NCBI GenBank assembly: GCA_904063045.1
Contig: CAJFCJ010000010.1
Span: 496,001 to 560,000, forward strand
Direction: 5' to 3'
From: Dimorphilus gyrociliatus
Lineage: Eukaryota; Animalia; Annelida
Length of the DNA stretch: 64,000 bases
The notes beneath the pieces are model-generated. The model was not told where the DNA came from, ran no database searches, and worked only from the letters and a program-made list of their open reading frames with translations. This document shows, piece after piece, positions 11,736-25,823 of the stretch (positions are counted from its first letter, which is position 1; every line of letters begins with the position of its first letter). The position numbers and the translations under genes were made by a program.

Positions 11736-14700
11736 TTACACGGAACGACAATTTGATGGTTCAAAATGTATGGAAGCGACATCTCCACTAACGTTTACCA
11801 GACTTTGACTCTAAAAAAAATAAAAAACAGTATGAAAGATATAATAATACACTTTGTAAGATTTTGCAACTGTGAGTACCTGATTTCTGTGCAAATTATC
11901 ATCCAATACACATTCGGATAACTTGAATGAGACAAGTGCATTTCCGCCTATAGCTTTAACATGAGCTCGGCAAATGGCAAATATTTCAGAGAGAAAGCTA
12001 TGCAAAAATCCCGAAGGACCACCCTCCTTTAATTAAAATTGGCAATAATGATAAATAGTTATATCTCGAATGTATTATGGGAATACAAACCCCTCTAACT
12101 GAAGTGGACTCTCGAATAATAAAGAAATTCAAATGACCCAAAAATTGGTTTAAAGTCGATGATGGAACGTAAGGAAGTGGAGTTAATTCCGTAATTAATA
12201 CATTTTTTCGAGGTATCTAAAAATAAAAATTAGATAAAAACTTATTAATTTTTGATTACTAAGCAACTTTATCAGCAAAAACTAACGTGATATTTCTTCT
12301 TGATAGAACTAGCTATTGAACTCTTGGATCCTACAGAAGATGTTTTCTTAATTCCCTTTTTATTTTCAAGAGAGTCGTCCATTGAAAAGACTAGTTCTTC
12401 TCCACTCACAGAATTGCTTCCTTCCCTAGCTGTATCGGCACTTTCATCTTCTCCAATGACCATTGCAGTTAAAGCCACCTGGAGGATAAAAATAAATTAG
12501 CGAGAAACATTTAGAAAATTCTCTTTTTTTTCTTCTTTTCTTTCATTCTTTCTTTTGTTATTTTGTTCAATGAACAAAGAAGCTATTGTTAAGATATAGT
12601 ATTCATAAGTGTTTATTTTCAGGCTAGAGAATTCTTCAAAAAGGAGTAAATTTCCTGGTAAACTTAAAGCTAATCTCTCTCAAGAAGAAAATCGTTTTTT
12701 CCAATTAAATAACTTATAGCTTTTGTTGAACAAAATAGATATTAAAGAGTGCGTTAATTATTTACCTGAATTTCGTCGTCGTCGGCTAATTCAATATCAA
12801 AATCTAACCCAACAAGAGCGCAAGGTGTCATATGCCTTAATCTAAATACTTGACTCTATAATGTGGGAGCTCTTGAAAGTAGAAAAGCAAGCAAATTGAA
12901 CTCTAACCTTGAGTAGGTCATTGAATATATTAACAAAAGCGGAATTATCCTTGATGTTGATATCTTTTCGCCAAACCCTGGTCACAAACTGTAAATTGGT
13001 CACGAAATTATCCATTCCTGGTACAGTTGATATGTTTGATATATGAATATCTTTCGGCAAGATTGGCTCTAGTAGCATCTGAATGTCTTTTAACTCAGAT
13101 TCGTGGTCCACCTAAAATGTTATTTTTGTAATTAGGTATTTGTGAATTAAAAGATTAATAAAAAAGAATGGAAGACCTCTAAAATAAGTGTATCTTTGTT
13201 AGTAGCAGAGGGTTCAATTCCAACATCGTCATTCCAACTCTCGAAATATTCGGACATTGAAGAAGCATCATCCTGCTGTAAGCTAATGGAACCTTGAGCA
13301 TTGGCCCTCTAAAATAATAGAATCAATTGGGAGTCGTTTTAATGAATAATAGATTGATTTGCAAACATTAAAATAAACTGTTACAATTATTAAGAAGAAA
13401 TAAAGACGCCATCTTGCGTCTGCTTATTGTTACGTGGAAATTGGATTTGTAGCTGATAGAGATTAACTGCTTTGATACGGTTAGATTTCTCTTCATTTCT
13501 AATCCGCTTTGAATACCCAAATTGTTCACGAAAAGTGAAGAGGAAAGAAAGAGAAGACTTTAGAACGTCTGTTAATGAAGTTCATTAGAAGGATATAAGG
13601 AATTACTAAAAATCGATTGCTAAATTTCTTTCTCCTTCACTTCTTTGCCCTATTTACCCATAACTTACGATGTTGTTAATGAATATAAAACGGACATGAA
13701 AATAAATTGAACGCGTTAGACGACTTTTCCTATAATTAACATTTTTAATTAACGCGTGCAAAACGAAGTGAGTAAAAGCAGAGCTTTTTGAATAAGCAAA
13801 ATTATTGGGAAAAGCAGGTGTTTACTTTCATTCAAATTAATGAAATATATTGTCAAGAATTCTCGGAGATTTAATACACTATTTCACTTTTCATACACTG
13901 TATTTTTGCACAAGCAATTGAATATGATCTAGGATCCTTTTAACATAACGAATTTTCGGATTAAGACTGTCAAACAAAAGGTGTTTGCCAAGCGTGACGA
14001 CGAAATCGAACAGAAGGCGCTACGTAATATCTCTCTGCGGTTATTGACACAATCCGTATAAATAATCTTAATTCGGTTTTAGCAACGCGCTAAGGGAAAT
14101 TGAAAGGGAATAAGTTGATTCACTTCGGTACGGATTGCCGAAAAAGGAGGAAATAACAACCAGCAAGGGAAAAAAGACCAAGGGAAAAGAAATTTCATGG
14201 GATCATTAAATATTAACTTGAAATAATTATATTTTAATCTACTCAAGGAGCAGGGTGAACGAAACAAAATGGGTAGGGAAAAGAATGACAGAGCTCCTTT
14301 GACATATGACGACGACAACATAGAAAAGAAATTGAGGAGAGCATGTATAGAGGGAGACTTGGATACAGTGAAAGAGTGCTTAGCAGAGGGAGCTGATATT
14401 AATGATCAAAATCAGGTATAGTAAGTACTAAATAACTGGTACTAGATATATTGACTTACATGTAGGCTTAAATAAAAAAGAGTGGTAACCGAAATTAAAA
14501 TATTTATTGCTTCATCTTTAATTGACTTGGTTTCTTTCAAAATCATTTAACTAACATAATCAATCTAAACTTTTATAGATTCGAAGAGGAATCTAATAGC
14601 CTAACTTAGCGCTACCTTCAAATATCTATAGTATATACAATATAGCGATTTATTCAAATAAATGGTTTACTCTTTATATTGAATAAGACGTGTAGGCTAT

Positions 14701-17700
14701 AAAAGAAATCACGTGACTCCAATGTAATTACATAATATTCCTTTTACGAATCCGAACAGCAATTAAACAACAGTATTCACCTAGCTTCTTTCTACGGAAA
14801 ACTTGACATTTTACAACTACTACTCCAACAGGATAAGGCGCATATTAACGCTACCAATCAAGTAAGTATTCCCCCGTCCAGCTTTTAACATTATTTACAC
14901 TATCGAACAGCAATATTTATATAGGCCTAGGCAATGCCAATTTTCCCTTTTCCTCAACTATAAATCTCCATCTCTTTCATTTAATATTTAATAATATTTT
15001 TTTTTTGATGGAGAAGTAAATTTTTTTTTTCCTCCCAAAGAAAAAAATATCAAGAGAATAATTATATTCTATAACAGAATGGCCAGACTTCGTTACAATT
15101 GGCTTGTATTAAAGGCTATATAGAGATCGTCCAACAATTAGTGAATACAAAGAAATGTCAATTGGACGCTGCAACGGACGTTAAGTAAATTTTCTCGCCT
15201 AGATATTCCAATTAAAGGGTTCGAAAAAAATTACAGGCTAGCAATATGACCGCCTTGCACCTAGCGTCTAAACACGGCCACGCTTCCGTATGCCAGTATT
15301 TATTAGACGTCGGCGCGGATAGGAATGCGAAAGACTTGGTAATATTTCTAGTATTTATCAATGATTGTATACAGTTATAACGCTACATTGATTAAAGTAA
15401 CAAAATGTATAAATCTGTATACAATATATATGAATATATATATGAATATGTATTCATGAATTCACAATCTATTAGTGGAATATTTATATAATAACTATTT
15501 ACATTTCTCAAGATTGAAAAGCTCCCAGAGTACTATGCTGCCAACGAGGAAACTGAAGAAGTATTTCGTATAAACAGCGATGGAGATGTAAGTATCAATC
15601 ACAACGAGGAAAAGTCATCATCGAAACAGCAGGCAGTAGATAGATCGAAAGAAGTAAGCGAAAAGTCAAAAGTTCAGACAGTGGAGGTAAAACAAGAAGC
15701 ACCAAAGAAAGAAACGAAAATAGAAGAGAAGAAAATACCGGAAAGGCAAAAAGAACAAAAAAAAATAGAAGAAAAGCAACCAGAAAAGAAAAAGGATGAT
15801 ATAGCACAACCAAATAATTCAGTAAACGTAGACAAAAAGTCCGAAGTAAATGAAACAAGTAAAGAAGCAAAACAAAAAGAATCGATCGAAGTTAAAAGCG
15901 AGGAGATTCGACAAAACAACACGACAAAAAGTGATCAGAAGAACGATAAAAATCCAGCAATTCCCAAAATCGATAATAAATCTAAGCAGGAGTCAACCGA
16001 CACAGTCGACAGTAGCGGACCCGGTGGTTTAAGAAAAGCGCGAAACCGTTCAAAAAATATTGGCGATCCGTTTCACGTCGAAGGAGTCGCTAGATTGAAA
16101 ATAGGAGCTGGCCAAATAAGAAGAGGTAATTTTCAAAAGATGAAAGATCACGAATTTGAATGGTCGGATGATTTTAAAAAGAGGCAACAATTAAGCGTTT
16201 ACGATCGTTTGCTAGGCGGTGCTAAGAAACGATAAAGAAAATAATATAGAAATATGATATGAACAAATGATCTGCATGATCAATAAAGAAAAATTAAAGA
16301 AAAACAAAACAAAAATCTACAATACAACTTGAATCGTCACTAATTAGCTTAAATACCGTTCCTATTACATAGAAGTAAAGATGTACAAAATCCAAGTCTT
16401 CCATATTTGTACAGATTAAAGTAAATAAAACAAAATTAACCCTTAGAATTGTTACACTAAATAGTAGTTTTTGTGAGTATTGTACGGATATATATGTTTT
16501 AGTTTGTCATGTCGAAGATAAGAAGAAAAATTAAAAAACAAAAATACATAAAAAGAAGCTATTACCAGCACACGAGTCTCCTACTAAATTTTTCTTTAAA
16601 AATTAATAACCATACTATAATATTAACGGTATGAATTTGCTTTTCAAGTTTTATATGCTTGTATAAAAACTATAATTATTTCTGTCCCTTTAGCTTATGC
16701 TGGTCATGAGTGTTTACGCTGGCGTGTCAAATAAAACAATATTTCTGCATGAATTGTTCTTTCCCTAGCTCTCAAATTTTCATACAAAAAGAAATTTAAG
16801 CCTATAATTTTACAAAAATAATGAAAACACATAAAAAAATTACGGAAAAAAGAACAAAACAGTACTAATAAATAGAGCTGCTTACCTGGGGTAACCCGTA
16901 TCTTTCACAGTTGGAATTAAATTCGTCAATAACCTTGGATCGTAGACTTTCAATAACTCGATCGTCAACTTTCTTCTATACGAATAAATGACAAAATGGA
17001 ATTAGTCGTTAAGGAGTTTATTAAATATTTCTAATAAGAAGTTAAGCAAAATAGAAAGGAAACAAGAAAACGTACTCCTGCGGGATGATCTGATTTATAC
17101 ACAACTTTTGGGGGCAGAGCCGGTGGTAAAGCAGCAGCAAATACCGCAGTTGCAATCTAAGAATTGTTTATATAACATATCAATATATTTAAGAAATCTT
17201 TTATTGGCTTTTAAAATTATTAAGTGAAAAAGAAAGAAAATCGATTATAAACAATTTCATACGTACAGCTAATGCTACTATAGATGTTTCCCCTATAATA
17301 AACATCTTCTTTAACCCAAAAACCGCATTCATGCCCTTTAATTTAACCTTATTGAACAATTGTTTGTACAGTTCATATTCCATAAACGGTAGTTGCTATT
17401 AAAACGAAACGTCATTCAGAATTTCCGCTAAACGTCACTTTTAGTTTATATGTACTTCACTTATTTCCTTAGCGTTCGATTCTCCCTTAATATCACGTTT
17501 CGGACGTGAAATATGCGCTCTTACCATCGTTCCTTTACCAATTATTGGTAATTCCCTAGGGAACTCCAAAGTCGTAAACAGTACATCGGGTACTTTGCAA
17601 TACCTTTAAAAATCAAAGATTATATTTAAAGAGTGTAAACAATTGTGGTGCCATCTGTTGAAAAGCTTAATAGAAAAGCGAAAGGAATATAGGAATATTG

Positions 17701-20700
17701 TGGAGTAGTTATCCTTTATCCAAAGTATAAAATACAATATGTAGGTGAAATAAAGAAAATTGTCGTACTTGCACATGTTGCACGTGCTCAATAGCATGTT
17801 TGATGGGGCAGTATGGGACGATTCAGCGTAGGGAGCGTGACAAAGATCACAAGATGGAGGAATCGGTTCTCTTTCTACAGAGGCCCTATTAATAAATTTT
17901 TTCTATTAATTAACTCTTAAGTCAAGAGGGATAAAAGAAAGATAAAGAGATAAAGTCAAGGGTATACTTACGTTGGTGGAGCGGAAAGAGAAGTGGACGG
18001 TGACAATTTTACTTGATTCGCCAAATTTACGTCGACATGAAGCTTGCATTTTCCATCAATCTCTTCTCCTTCAGGAGCCATGGGACGAGTTTGCTGTAAA
18101 GAATAGAATTGGTTTTTAAAATAAAAATATTAAAAATTAATAATTAGTATTTAAGTATTACTTTTTCAATAAAAGTAAAAACGTCAACATCCGGAACTCC
18201 ATTTCTTAGGCTTATATTAGCAGCCGTCCCAATGGCGGATAGTATAATAATTTCCTCGCTAATGAATATATTTTTGAATGAGTAAACGTTAAAAGAAACT
18301 TTGCAAACATTGTGCGTCTGCCGACGACTAATATGTTTAACACAAGAACGTATGTAATTAATGTAATTACCATATCGTTGTATGTTCTGAATAGCCTAAA
18401 ACTGCATTACAGGACAAAGATTTAGCGTGAGAGCGAATTTCTGTTCGAATTTCTGACCACCAAGCATCTCTTGTTTCCGATTCATCTAAATAAGACAGGA
18501 GAAAAGGATAAAAATATGCAATAAATCAAATCTTAATTCCTTACGAACCTGGATTATTTATTTTATCCAATAATCTGACGGATCTTGCTGAAACCGCACC
18601 GCCTATATTCGCAATAAAACCGGGCGGAAAGCTTGTCATGGTGAAAAAAGGATATTCCATCATATCTAAACTATTTTGCGGGAACATCGGTTTCATTAAA
18701 GGGGGTTTGACTTGACTTGTTCCACTACCGCTACTTCCAGCCATGCTAGCTGCTGCAAAATTAAGAAACAGACTCTTTATATTAAAAATATGGATTAAAA
18801 ATGAGGGAGGGTTTTTATTTTGAATAAATAGAACTTATAATTAACTATGTAATCGAAATAAAGGAAAAAGATGAAAATCAAAGAGACATATACCATTAAA
18901 AATAATAGAATTATAATATAATTGCAGATAATAATGATAATAAAGCCCAAAGCAATGCTATAATAAATTAATATATTTGCTATGCATTTGTGTCTCATCT
19001 ACATTTTTATAGATGAAATTTCAAACCTGTGTTGTAGTAACGTGTAAAAGGAATAGCTAAGGAAGACAATAGTTGGAAAATACAGAAAATTGGACAAAGA
19101 CTCTCCGTAGGATAATATAATTTTGTTATCGTTGTAAATAACAAAAAAAAACAACCGCTAAACTATTTACAACTCTTTTTTAAAAGTATTAATAGAATAA
19201 AAATGAAAATTACCTTTTTGGGGTGTATTTGATAGGTCAGAGTCACTATTACGTCGTTGTAAGTTATTAGGTTTTGTTGGTGAAGAACTTGGTGGTGAGT
19301 CAGGTAAGACACTCTCTTCAGGAACGGATGTTCTGTGTGAAGAAAATGATGATCTAACATGATGAGAAACAGGACCGCAAACGCTGGCTCTATGCGTTAT
19401 TGTTCGATGTGGTGGACTAGATGCAAAAAAATGATTCGCTTGTATACCTCCTATACCACCTCTGTAAGAAATAAAAGAAATTCTAATTAAGTAAAAGGAA
19501 ATTTTCGAATCCTAACAAGTGTCTTCGTGCTAATAGACATAACATTTTCTGTGATAGAATGGCCAAATTTCTATTGTTATTACTATTTACTATAGTATGT
19601 ATGATTAAAAGTATCAATATATAGAAATTTGCCAAAATATCACTTTAAATTTATGTCAAATTAACTAATTAGATTCATTCAAAAAACGAAAAGCGAAGAA
19701 TTAATAAAAAGACATGCTGAATTCTTTGTTATTTATTTTTTTGTCTTTTATTAGCACTTTATTTTGTTTTGTACTTTTTCATTTAAACTTGCCCCTGCAG
19801 CAATCATATAATAGCTCTGTTTCTTTTTCTTCTTCATTGATGAAGCAATTATGAGGCTTTTTTCATTATTGATATAAAAGAAGAATCATATTTTGTTAAA
19901 TTTAGCTAATAATCGACACAGCTGTATTTTTTTCTGGTTAGATCAAAAAGGACGAAAGTAAGAAACTAAGTAGGTTTTCATAACTAGGTTGTTCATAACA
20001 AATTCATACAAGATAATTTGAAAAGAATTTTAAATGGATGGGCGGTTAGTTAAAAACAAAAAACTGAAAAAACAAGACTAACACAACCCAAGGCGCCATC
20101 TTACGAATACTACACGTTACTCTGTAAGAATTTTATTGAACACAAACTATTTGCAATCCCAATTACTAGTTAATGATACATAATGAAATAAATACAAAGA
20201 TGTTAATAGTTGGAAAAGTAAATATATTGTTATTACCTAAATCTATAAATCTATTAGAAAACAGAATAAAAGCAAAAAACATAGAAAAGCAAATCTGAAA
20301 CTTAAAAATAACAAGTTTGTTTTGGAAATCATCATTGAAAATAGTTAAATCAAACTAATTACAAGTGAGGGTACTTTTATTTAGCTATCTTTTAGTGTTT
20401 AAACATGTCATATATCTATATATACACATCTATATAGAGTATATATAGATATATACATATATATATATCAGTTAAGGTAGAAAACCTGCTATACTTGTAA
20501 ATTTACCTTATTTTACTCCTGTATACGTCTTTTTTGTGGTAGATTCACCATTTCAAATACACAAGCGCATTTTTATATGGAAAAACAATCAATTAAATTT
20601 ACAAATCGCGCATGCATTTAGAAAAGTAATTATCATGTAAACATGAGCTATAGAAGGATATAGATAGAGTTGCTATAGTAGAGATATAGAAAGATAGATT

Positions 20701-22150
20701 AATGGATATAGTTGATTGGCAATTTCATGAATATGGACGTAAAATTTTTGGAAAACAAATGATATATTTAAATTTTGTTATTATTAATAATAATAATAGT
20801 TATAAAAATAAGCCAATTTACTTACTCTCTCACAGGCGAATACGGTCTTGGTGATGATCCACCAAGTACTCTTGTAAGGGTTACTGCTGTTCCAATAGCT
20901 CTGACGACAATTCCGTAAACTCCTTCTAAATCGAAGCATTGTCTATATCTATAAAACGACCAATTCTTAATAATTTATTTCAAAGAGATTTTTTGATTAA
21001 TTAACCCTAAAACAGCAGTTCCTCCTAACTCAAGAACCTTTTTACCAATTTTTCTTTGTAATTCTCCTGACAATTTAGAAAACTGAACTTGTCTTGCCTC
21101 ATTAGAAGCCCTCTGAGATCGAATTCTATCAATCCATTGATGTTCTGGATCATCGTTGACAACCAATTCTTCAACGAAGCCCTGTATGGCTTGTAACTTG
21201 TAACCGGATGGGACCGTTGCAGCTGTCAAATTGGAACTATTAAAGCAATCCATCAACTCTAAAGAAAAGATAATTACTGGCAAAAAAGTATACGCCGCAA
21301 GAAGACTGTCTAAATTTATTAAGATCAGTAAATAGCTCTACTTTAACCACAACGTTTAGTTCTCCTCTTATCCCTGTACATGAAAAATTGATTACTTAAC
21401 TATTCGAATAATTATGTCCTAATTTATTTTCTATTGCTTTTAAGTACCGTGCATAGTATCGTAAATAGGAAACCATCCACTGAGGGATTCAGCTCCATCC
21501 TTTAATAGCAAGGGATTTAAATCAATATACACTTTACCAATAGCATCGTGAGCACTATATGTGTCGTGATCCAAAACCCTTAGAAAAGTTAATAGAATTA
21601 ACAAAGTAATACGAATATTTAAAAAGATACTAATTGAATTTTTTAGGTTAAATATTTCAAGTTAATACAAAACATAATTTTTCTTTCTAGCTCTTCAAAC
21701 ATTATTTACAAATTACCTTAGTTGCAATGGAAAATCCTGTAATTCTTCATCTTCAGCCTATAAATTATATAGTCATATATATTCAGTATATATATATATA
21801 TACAAGTACGTAAATAGAATATAACGTTGGAGAATTAAGCAAATTGAAATCGAAACATCTAAAATCTAGATGTTTCTTTTTCATCTATTCTTTATTTAGA
21901 CTTGCCTCGAAACGATACCATTCGGAATTCCACTGAGGATTTAGTGATTTCTTATATACTTCTGTTTTAAATGTTGTATTGGAGAATTTGACCTGCAAGG
22001 CAAAATATTTGTTTTTTAGAGAATATCCATATTTATATTTTAAAATATAGGATTATTTACCTCAACAAAAGCATCCGTTAAATCTGTAGCTCTGTCCATC
22101 ACGGGTAAATTCCGTGCAGCTACCACACAAACCTTCAGTTTTCCAGGCAT
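11736..22150 (-). CDS. C2CD5: C2 domain-containing protein 5 (CDP138/KIAA0528), multi-exon
   Basis: Starts MPGKLKVCVVAARNLPVMDRATDLTDAFVEVKFSNTTFKTEVYKKSLNPQWNSEWYRFE. Internal GFVEELVVNDDPEHQWIDRIR..RASNEARQ, YPFFTMTSFPPGF and KLKGMNAVFGL. Ends EGGPSGFLHSFLSEIFAICRAHVKAIGGNA..NQSQSLVNVSGD. All are collinear with C2CD5 as recalled. Confidence 0.95.
14269..16235 (+). CDS. Ankyrin-repeat protein (about 4 repeats plus Lys/Glu-rich tail, about 391 aa), nested antisense in a C2CD5 intron
   Basis: Exons 14269-14415, 14760-14861, 15078-15179, 15237-15338 and 15513-16235, GT-AG, phase 0. Repeats LRRACIEGDLDTVKECLAEGADIN, SIHLASFYGKLDILQLLL, TSLQLACIKGYIEIVQQLV, TALHLASKHGHASVCQYLLDVGADRN. An upstream in-frame extension of the start is possible. 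Confidence 0.85.
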
Positions 22151-23101
22151 ATTTTTTGGTTGTGTTTGTGAAATGTAATTAGAACGTCAGAAATAGAGAG
22201 ATAACACTGAATGAAGTAATCACTAAATCTTCGGGGAATCGAATTTGGTCTTTATTCGACCTAATTTTTCAATGAAGAAGAAATTACAATTAGTCCTTTA
22301 ATATTTAGTTTGAATGATTTAAAAGAAATTTCTTCTTCGTTTTCTTGGGTTCAAGGTCGAACCAAAAATTACCGGAAGTTTCAAACCGGAAGAGCAAAAT
22401 ATACTAGAAAAATTCGCACTGCGATAATTATTTAAAGTCGTTTTCACTTATTTTCCCCATTAACGCGAGCAATTTAAAATTTTAAGCAAGAAATTTTGCA
22501 ATATTGAAACATTTAATGGTAATTACAGAATTCCAATTTAATCAAAGTATCACTTGATAATGTTATTTTGTGTTGGGTTTATCTTACCCTTTCGTGAGGA
22601 TGTCTTCACGAATAGTTTAATTTAATTCGTATCAAATTTTCCAAATAAATTAAGAAGGTTCGGAAGTAGATCAAAGAAAGCATAACCTCTTTTTTGCATC
22701 TACTTCCAACAACCAAGTAGTTTTAGGCAAAATAATTAATACAAATACAATACTTTCCACTCTAAACCAATTTACGCAATGTTAGATTCAATAACTTACA
22801 ATTGAAATGGTGTTTGAATTTTCTATCAAACGTTCAAATTAAAATTGAGTCAAATACATAAAAGTTTTTATTATAGAAGTAATTAGATTAACAACAAAAC
22901 AGGCTGCCTAAATCAATCTTAAGTAAATAATCTCAAATTCCATTTTATCTACAATACTTACAATATTTTTTTTACATATCTTAAAGTTTTTTCCTCAATT
23001 TTCGAATCTAAATGAAAATCGCCATTAGTGGCCTCAAAATAAGCGTTGATGTAAACTGGTAATATGAGCACCTACCACCGGCGTCAAGAACATTAGGAAA
23101 T

Positions 23102-24939
23102 ATGATTAAATTCATTATTATTATTTGTGCTCTTCTCAATTCAGCTGTTCCTGAAAGCATGGTAACTTGTCCTGCAGGTTTTACATCACTGAGTAGTAAG
23201 TGCTTGAATCACGAGATAAGAATAACTGTTCAAAGGCAAATTCTACTTTGAAGGAAATGGCGCGAGATTTTGTTTGATGGAAAAGAATGCTGAAAAGAGT
23301 AAATGTTCCTTACAGGAAATAAGTTTAACAAATCAAGAATGTCTAATCATCTGCTATTACTTGAATTGGAATATAGCAAATATCTTTGCGAGGCATGAGG
23401 TACGTCTCTTTCGTCCATTGCTTAAATTCATTAAATATACGGTAATTCTATAAATAACGTCAAGAAAGTTAATGTTATTATTACCGATTATATTAGAATT
23501 ACTTATACAGAACATTAATCAGTAAATTCTATTTTGATTAATAGATCATGTTTGAAAAGGATAATTATGAGAAAGTTAGTGTTCTAAGAGGATCCAATAA
23601 TACTATTGACGGTGTAATTGACAGTTGTATTCACGGAAAAGGAACTATAGGAGATGGGAGGAACATACCATTCAGAGCAAGTTCATCCGGTGAAACTTGT
23701 TTTGGAATCTATGCTCCATATATAGAAAATTTAACTCTAGATTTTATTAAAACAAATTGTTGAGTTTCTTTTTGTTAAAACCAATCAACCAAGTAATAAT
23801 TCCCTTTTTTTGCTGTAGCTTTTGATAGAAAACTGCTATTTTTATGCCTTTTAGGCTTTATTCTTTTTATATCAGCACCAATATTAAGCAGGTAAGAAAT
23901 TTACAAACGTTTTTCTTAATTAATTGATTAATTAACGTATTTTATTACTAGAAATGTTGTATTTTATTATACTTCTGGAGTTACAATTGGATTATTAGGT
24001 TCCTTGCTCGTTTTAGTCTACGTTTTATCTAAATTCATACCCCATGTAATTAATTTGATTATGTTTCTTATCAATTTATATAGATTGATACTTTTGGATC
24101 TTTCAGAAAAAATTGTCAATGCTAATATTAGCATCTGGATCTTTTCTTTCTCTGTCGTTTTATAAGATGGTATGTGAGAATTTTTTCCACATCCTAAAGG
24201 GCTACAGCTTTTGGTTGATGGCCTATTTTGGGATTGTAGGGTTAATCAGTTTTGTTTACATCTATATTAAAATGCCTGAACGTAACGAAAGAGCAAATAA
24301 TGTGAGTAGCAAAAACTGTGCATGTATAGTCTTTTATCTTAATAATGCTATTTTTCAGGCAATACAGTGGCTATTGCAGGGCGTAGCTTTGATTTTAGTG
24401 TAAGTTATAAGAAAAGATGATGGAAAATACATTACTAAGAGTTTCCTTTCATTTTCTAGTTTTTATTCTATTCAACTCTCAGAGATATCTCTAGCTGTCA
24501 TTGTGATCCTCATCATTCGAAATTATATTCCTTTCAACCAAATTGTCAAAGTCACTTCTTATTTTAGGTGAGAAAAAGGAAGAGTCATTTTATTTAATTT
24601 GACTTAAAACTGAAGCATTATTCTTTTATATTTAGCCAACAGAAACCATTAGAAAAGATAAGATTGCTGACTAACGAAGAATATAGAGAACAGGGACGGA
24701 TTGAAACAGAAAAGGCTCTAGCAGAGCTTCGAAAATACTGCCAAAGCCCAGATTGCAATGCATGGAAGACTGTGTCTAGGTTAGAGAGTCCGGCTCGTTT
24801 CGCTTCATTTATTGCTGGTTCGTCACATCTAACCAGTGATGAAATAAGGATTTACGACGAGCTAAGTGACGACGAATCGTTAATTCAAACGGATGATGAT
24901 TCAGAGTGCACAGATTTTTATTTGTCATCACCGCCATAA
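23102..24939 (+). CDS. NEMP1: Nuclear envelope integral membrane protein (NEMP1/TMEM194), multi-exon
   Basis: Signal-peptide-like start [14 protein letters not shown]; TM exon [33 protein letters not shown]; diagnostic C-terminus [57 protein letters not shown]. Confidence 0.92.
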
Positions 24940-25318
24940 TCAGTTTTTTTATAGTAAACTTTTTTCTGAAAATTTTCTACACCTTATTATTGGCATTAAA
25001 TTGTCTTTATATCCATTTTAAAATAGCAATACTAGTCGGCTATATTTGCAATAAAAAAAATTTGCGGAGTATCACCACGCACAGAATTTCAATGAGAAGG
25101 TTTTATTAACAAAACGAGTGATGATGGAGCGAAATTTCTGGAGTAATTTAACCTTTAATAAGAAACTACACTTTCTATTATTATGCGTTTATAAAGAGCA
25201 TACATTAATGATTCAAGCGCGCTGGTTTTGAAAGCTTTCCAACTTAAAAACGTAATAAACTGTTAGAAATGTAAGCTTCTTTTATAACGCATGAGAGTGT
25301 TTTCAAGCCAAATGATTC

Positions 25319-25823
25319 TCAAGCTGAGTTATGGATAGCTAATCTAAACACATCGTTGAAAATAAAGTAATTGCCATCAACTTGTCGAACAATCCATGTC
25401 TGAGAAAATCCATGAGGTGGATCCTCGTCAGTCTAAAACAAACCAAAGTTATAAGCAGCAAAACTTATGATTCCATCAACAAACCTTCAAGCGTCCCAAA
25501 ACGAATACAACAATTCCGCTATTATCGCCTGTAAGGGGTTGCACATCAACTGCCGTAATCTGGTGAGCTATAGTTTGAAATTTTAATTTTTCTTTCAATA
25601 ATTCTTGAATCCCTGTGTGGCCTTGTTTAGTTTCACCTTCAAATGACAAATAGGCTTGAGGCTGTGCAAAACGTATGCGCGAATTATAAAATCTCCACGA
25701 AAAAAATCAAATAATACACACGTGATACAAATTAATAACTGCTTCTCGATTCTGTTGAAAGAGTTGAAAGTATTGTTGGGCTACAGCTTGGCCAACTTGA
25801 ACATGAGGTTGTGTTTCACCCAT
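25319..25823 (-). CDS. NUTF2: Nuclear transport factor 2, 3 exons, about 130 aa
   Basis: Spliced product MGETQPHVQVGQAVAQQYFQLFQQNREAVINLYH-PQAYLSFEGETKQGHTGIQELLKEKLKFQTIAHQITAVDVQP...VFVLGRLK-TDEDPPHGFSQTWIVRQVDGNYFIFNDVFRLAIHNSA*, the NTF2 pattern. Missed by the ORF track. Confidence 0.93.
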
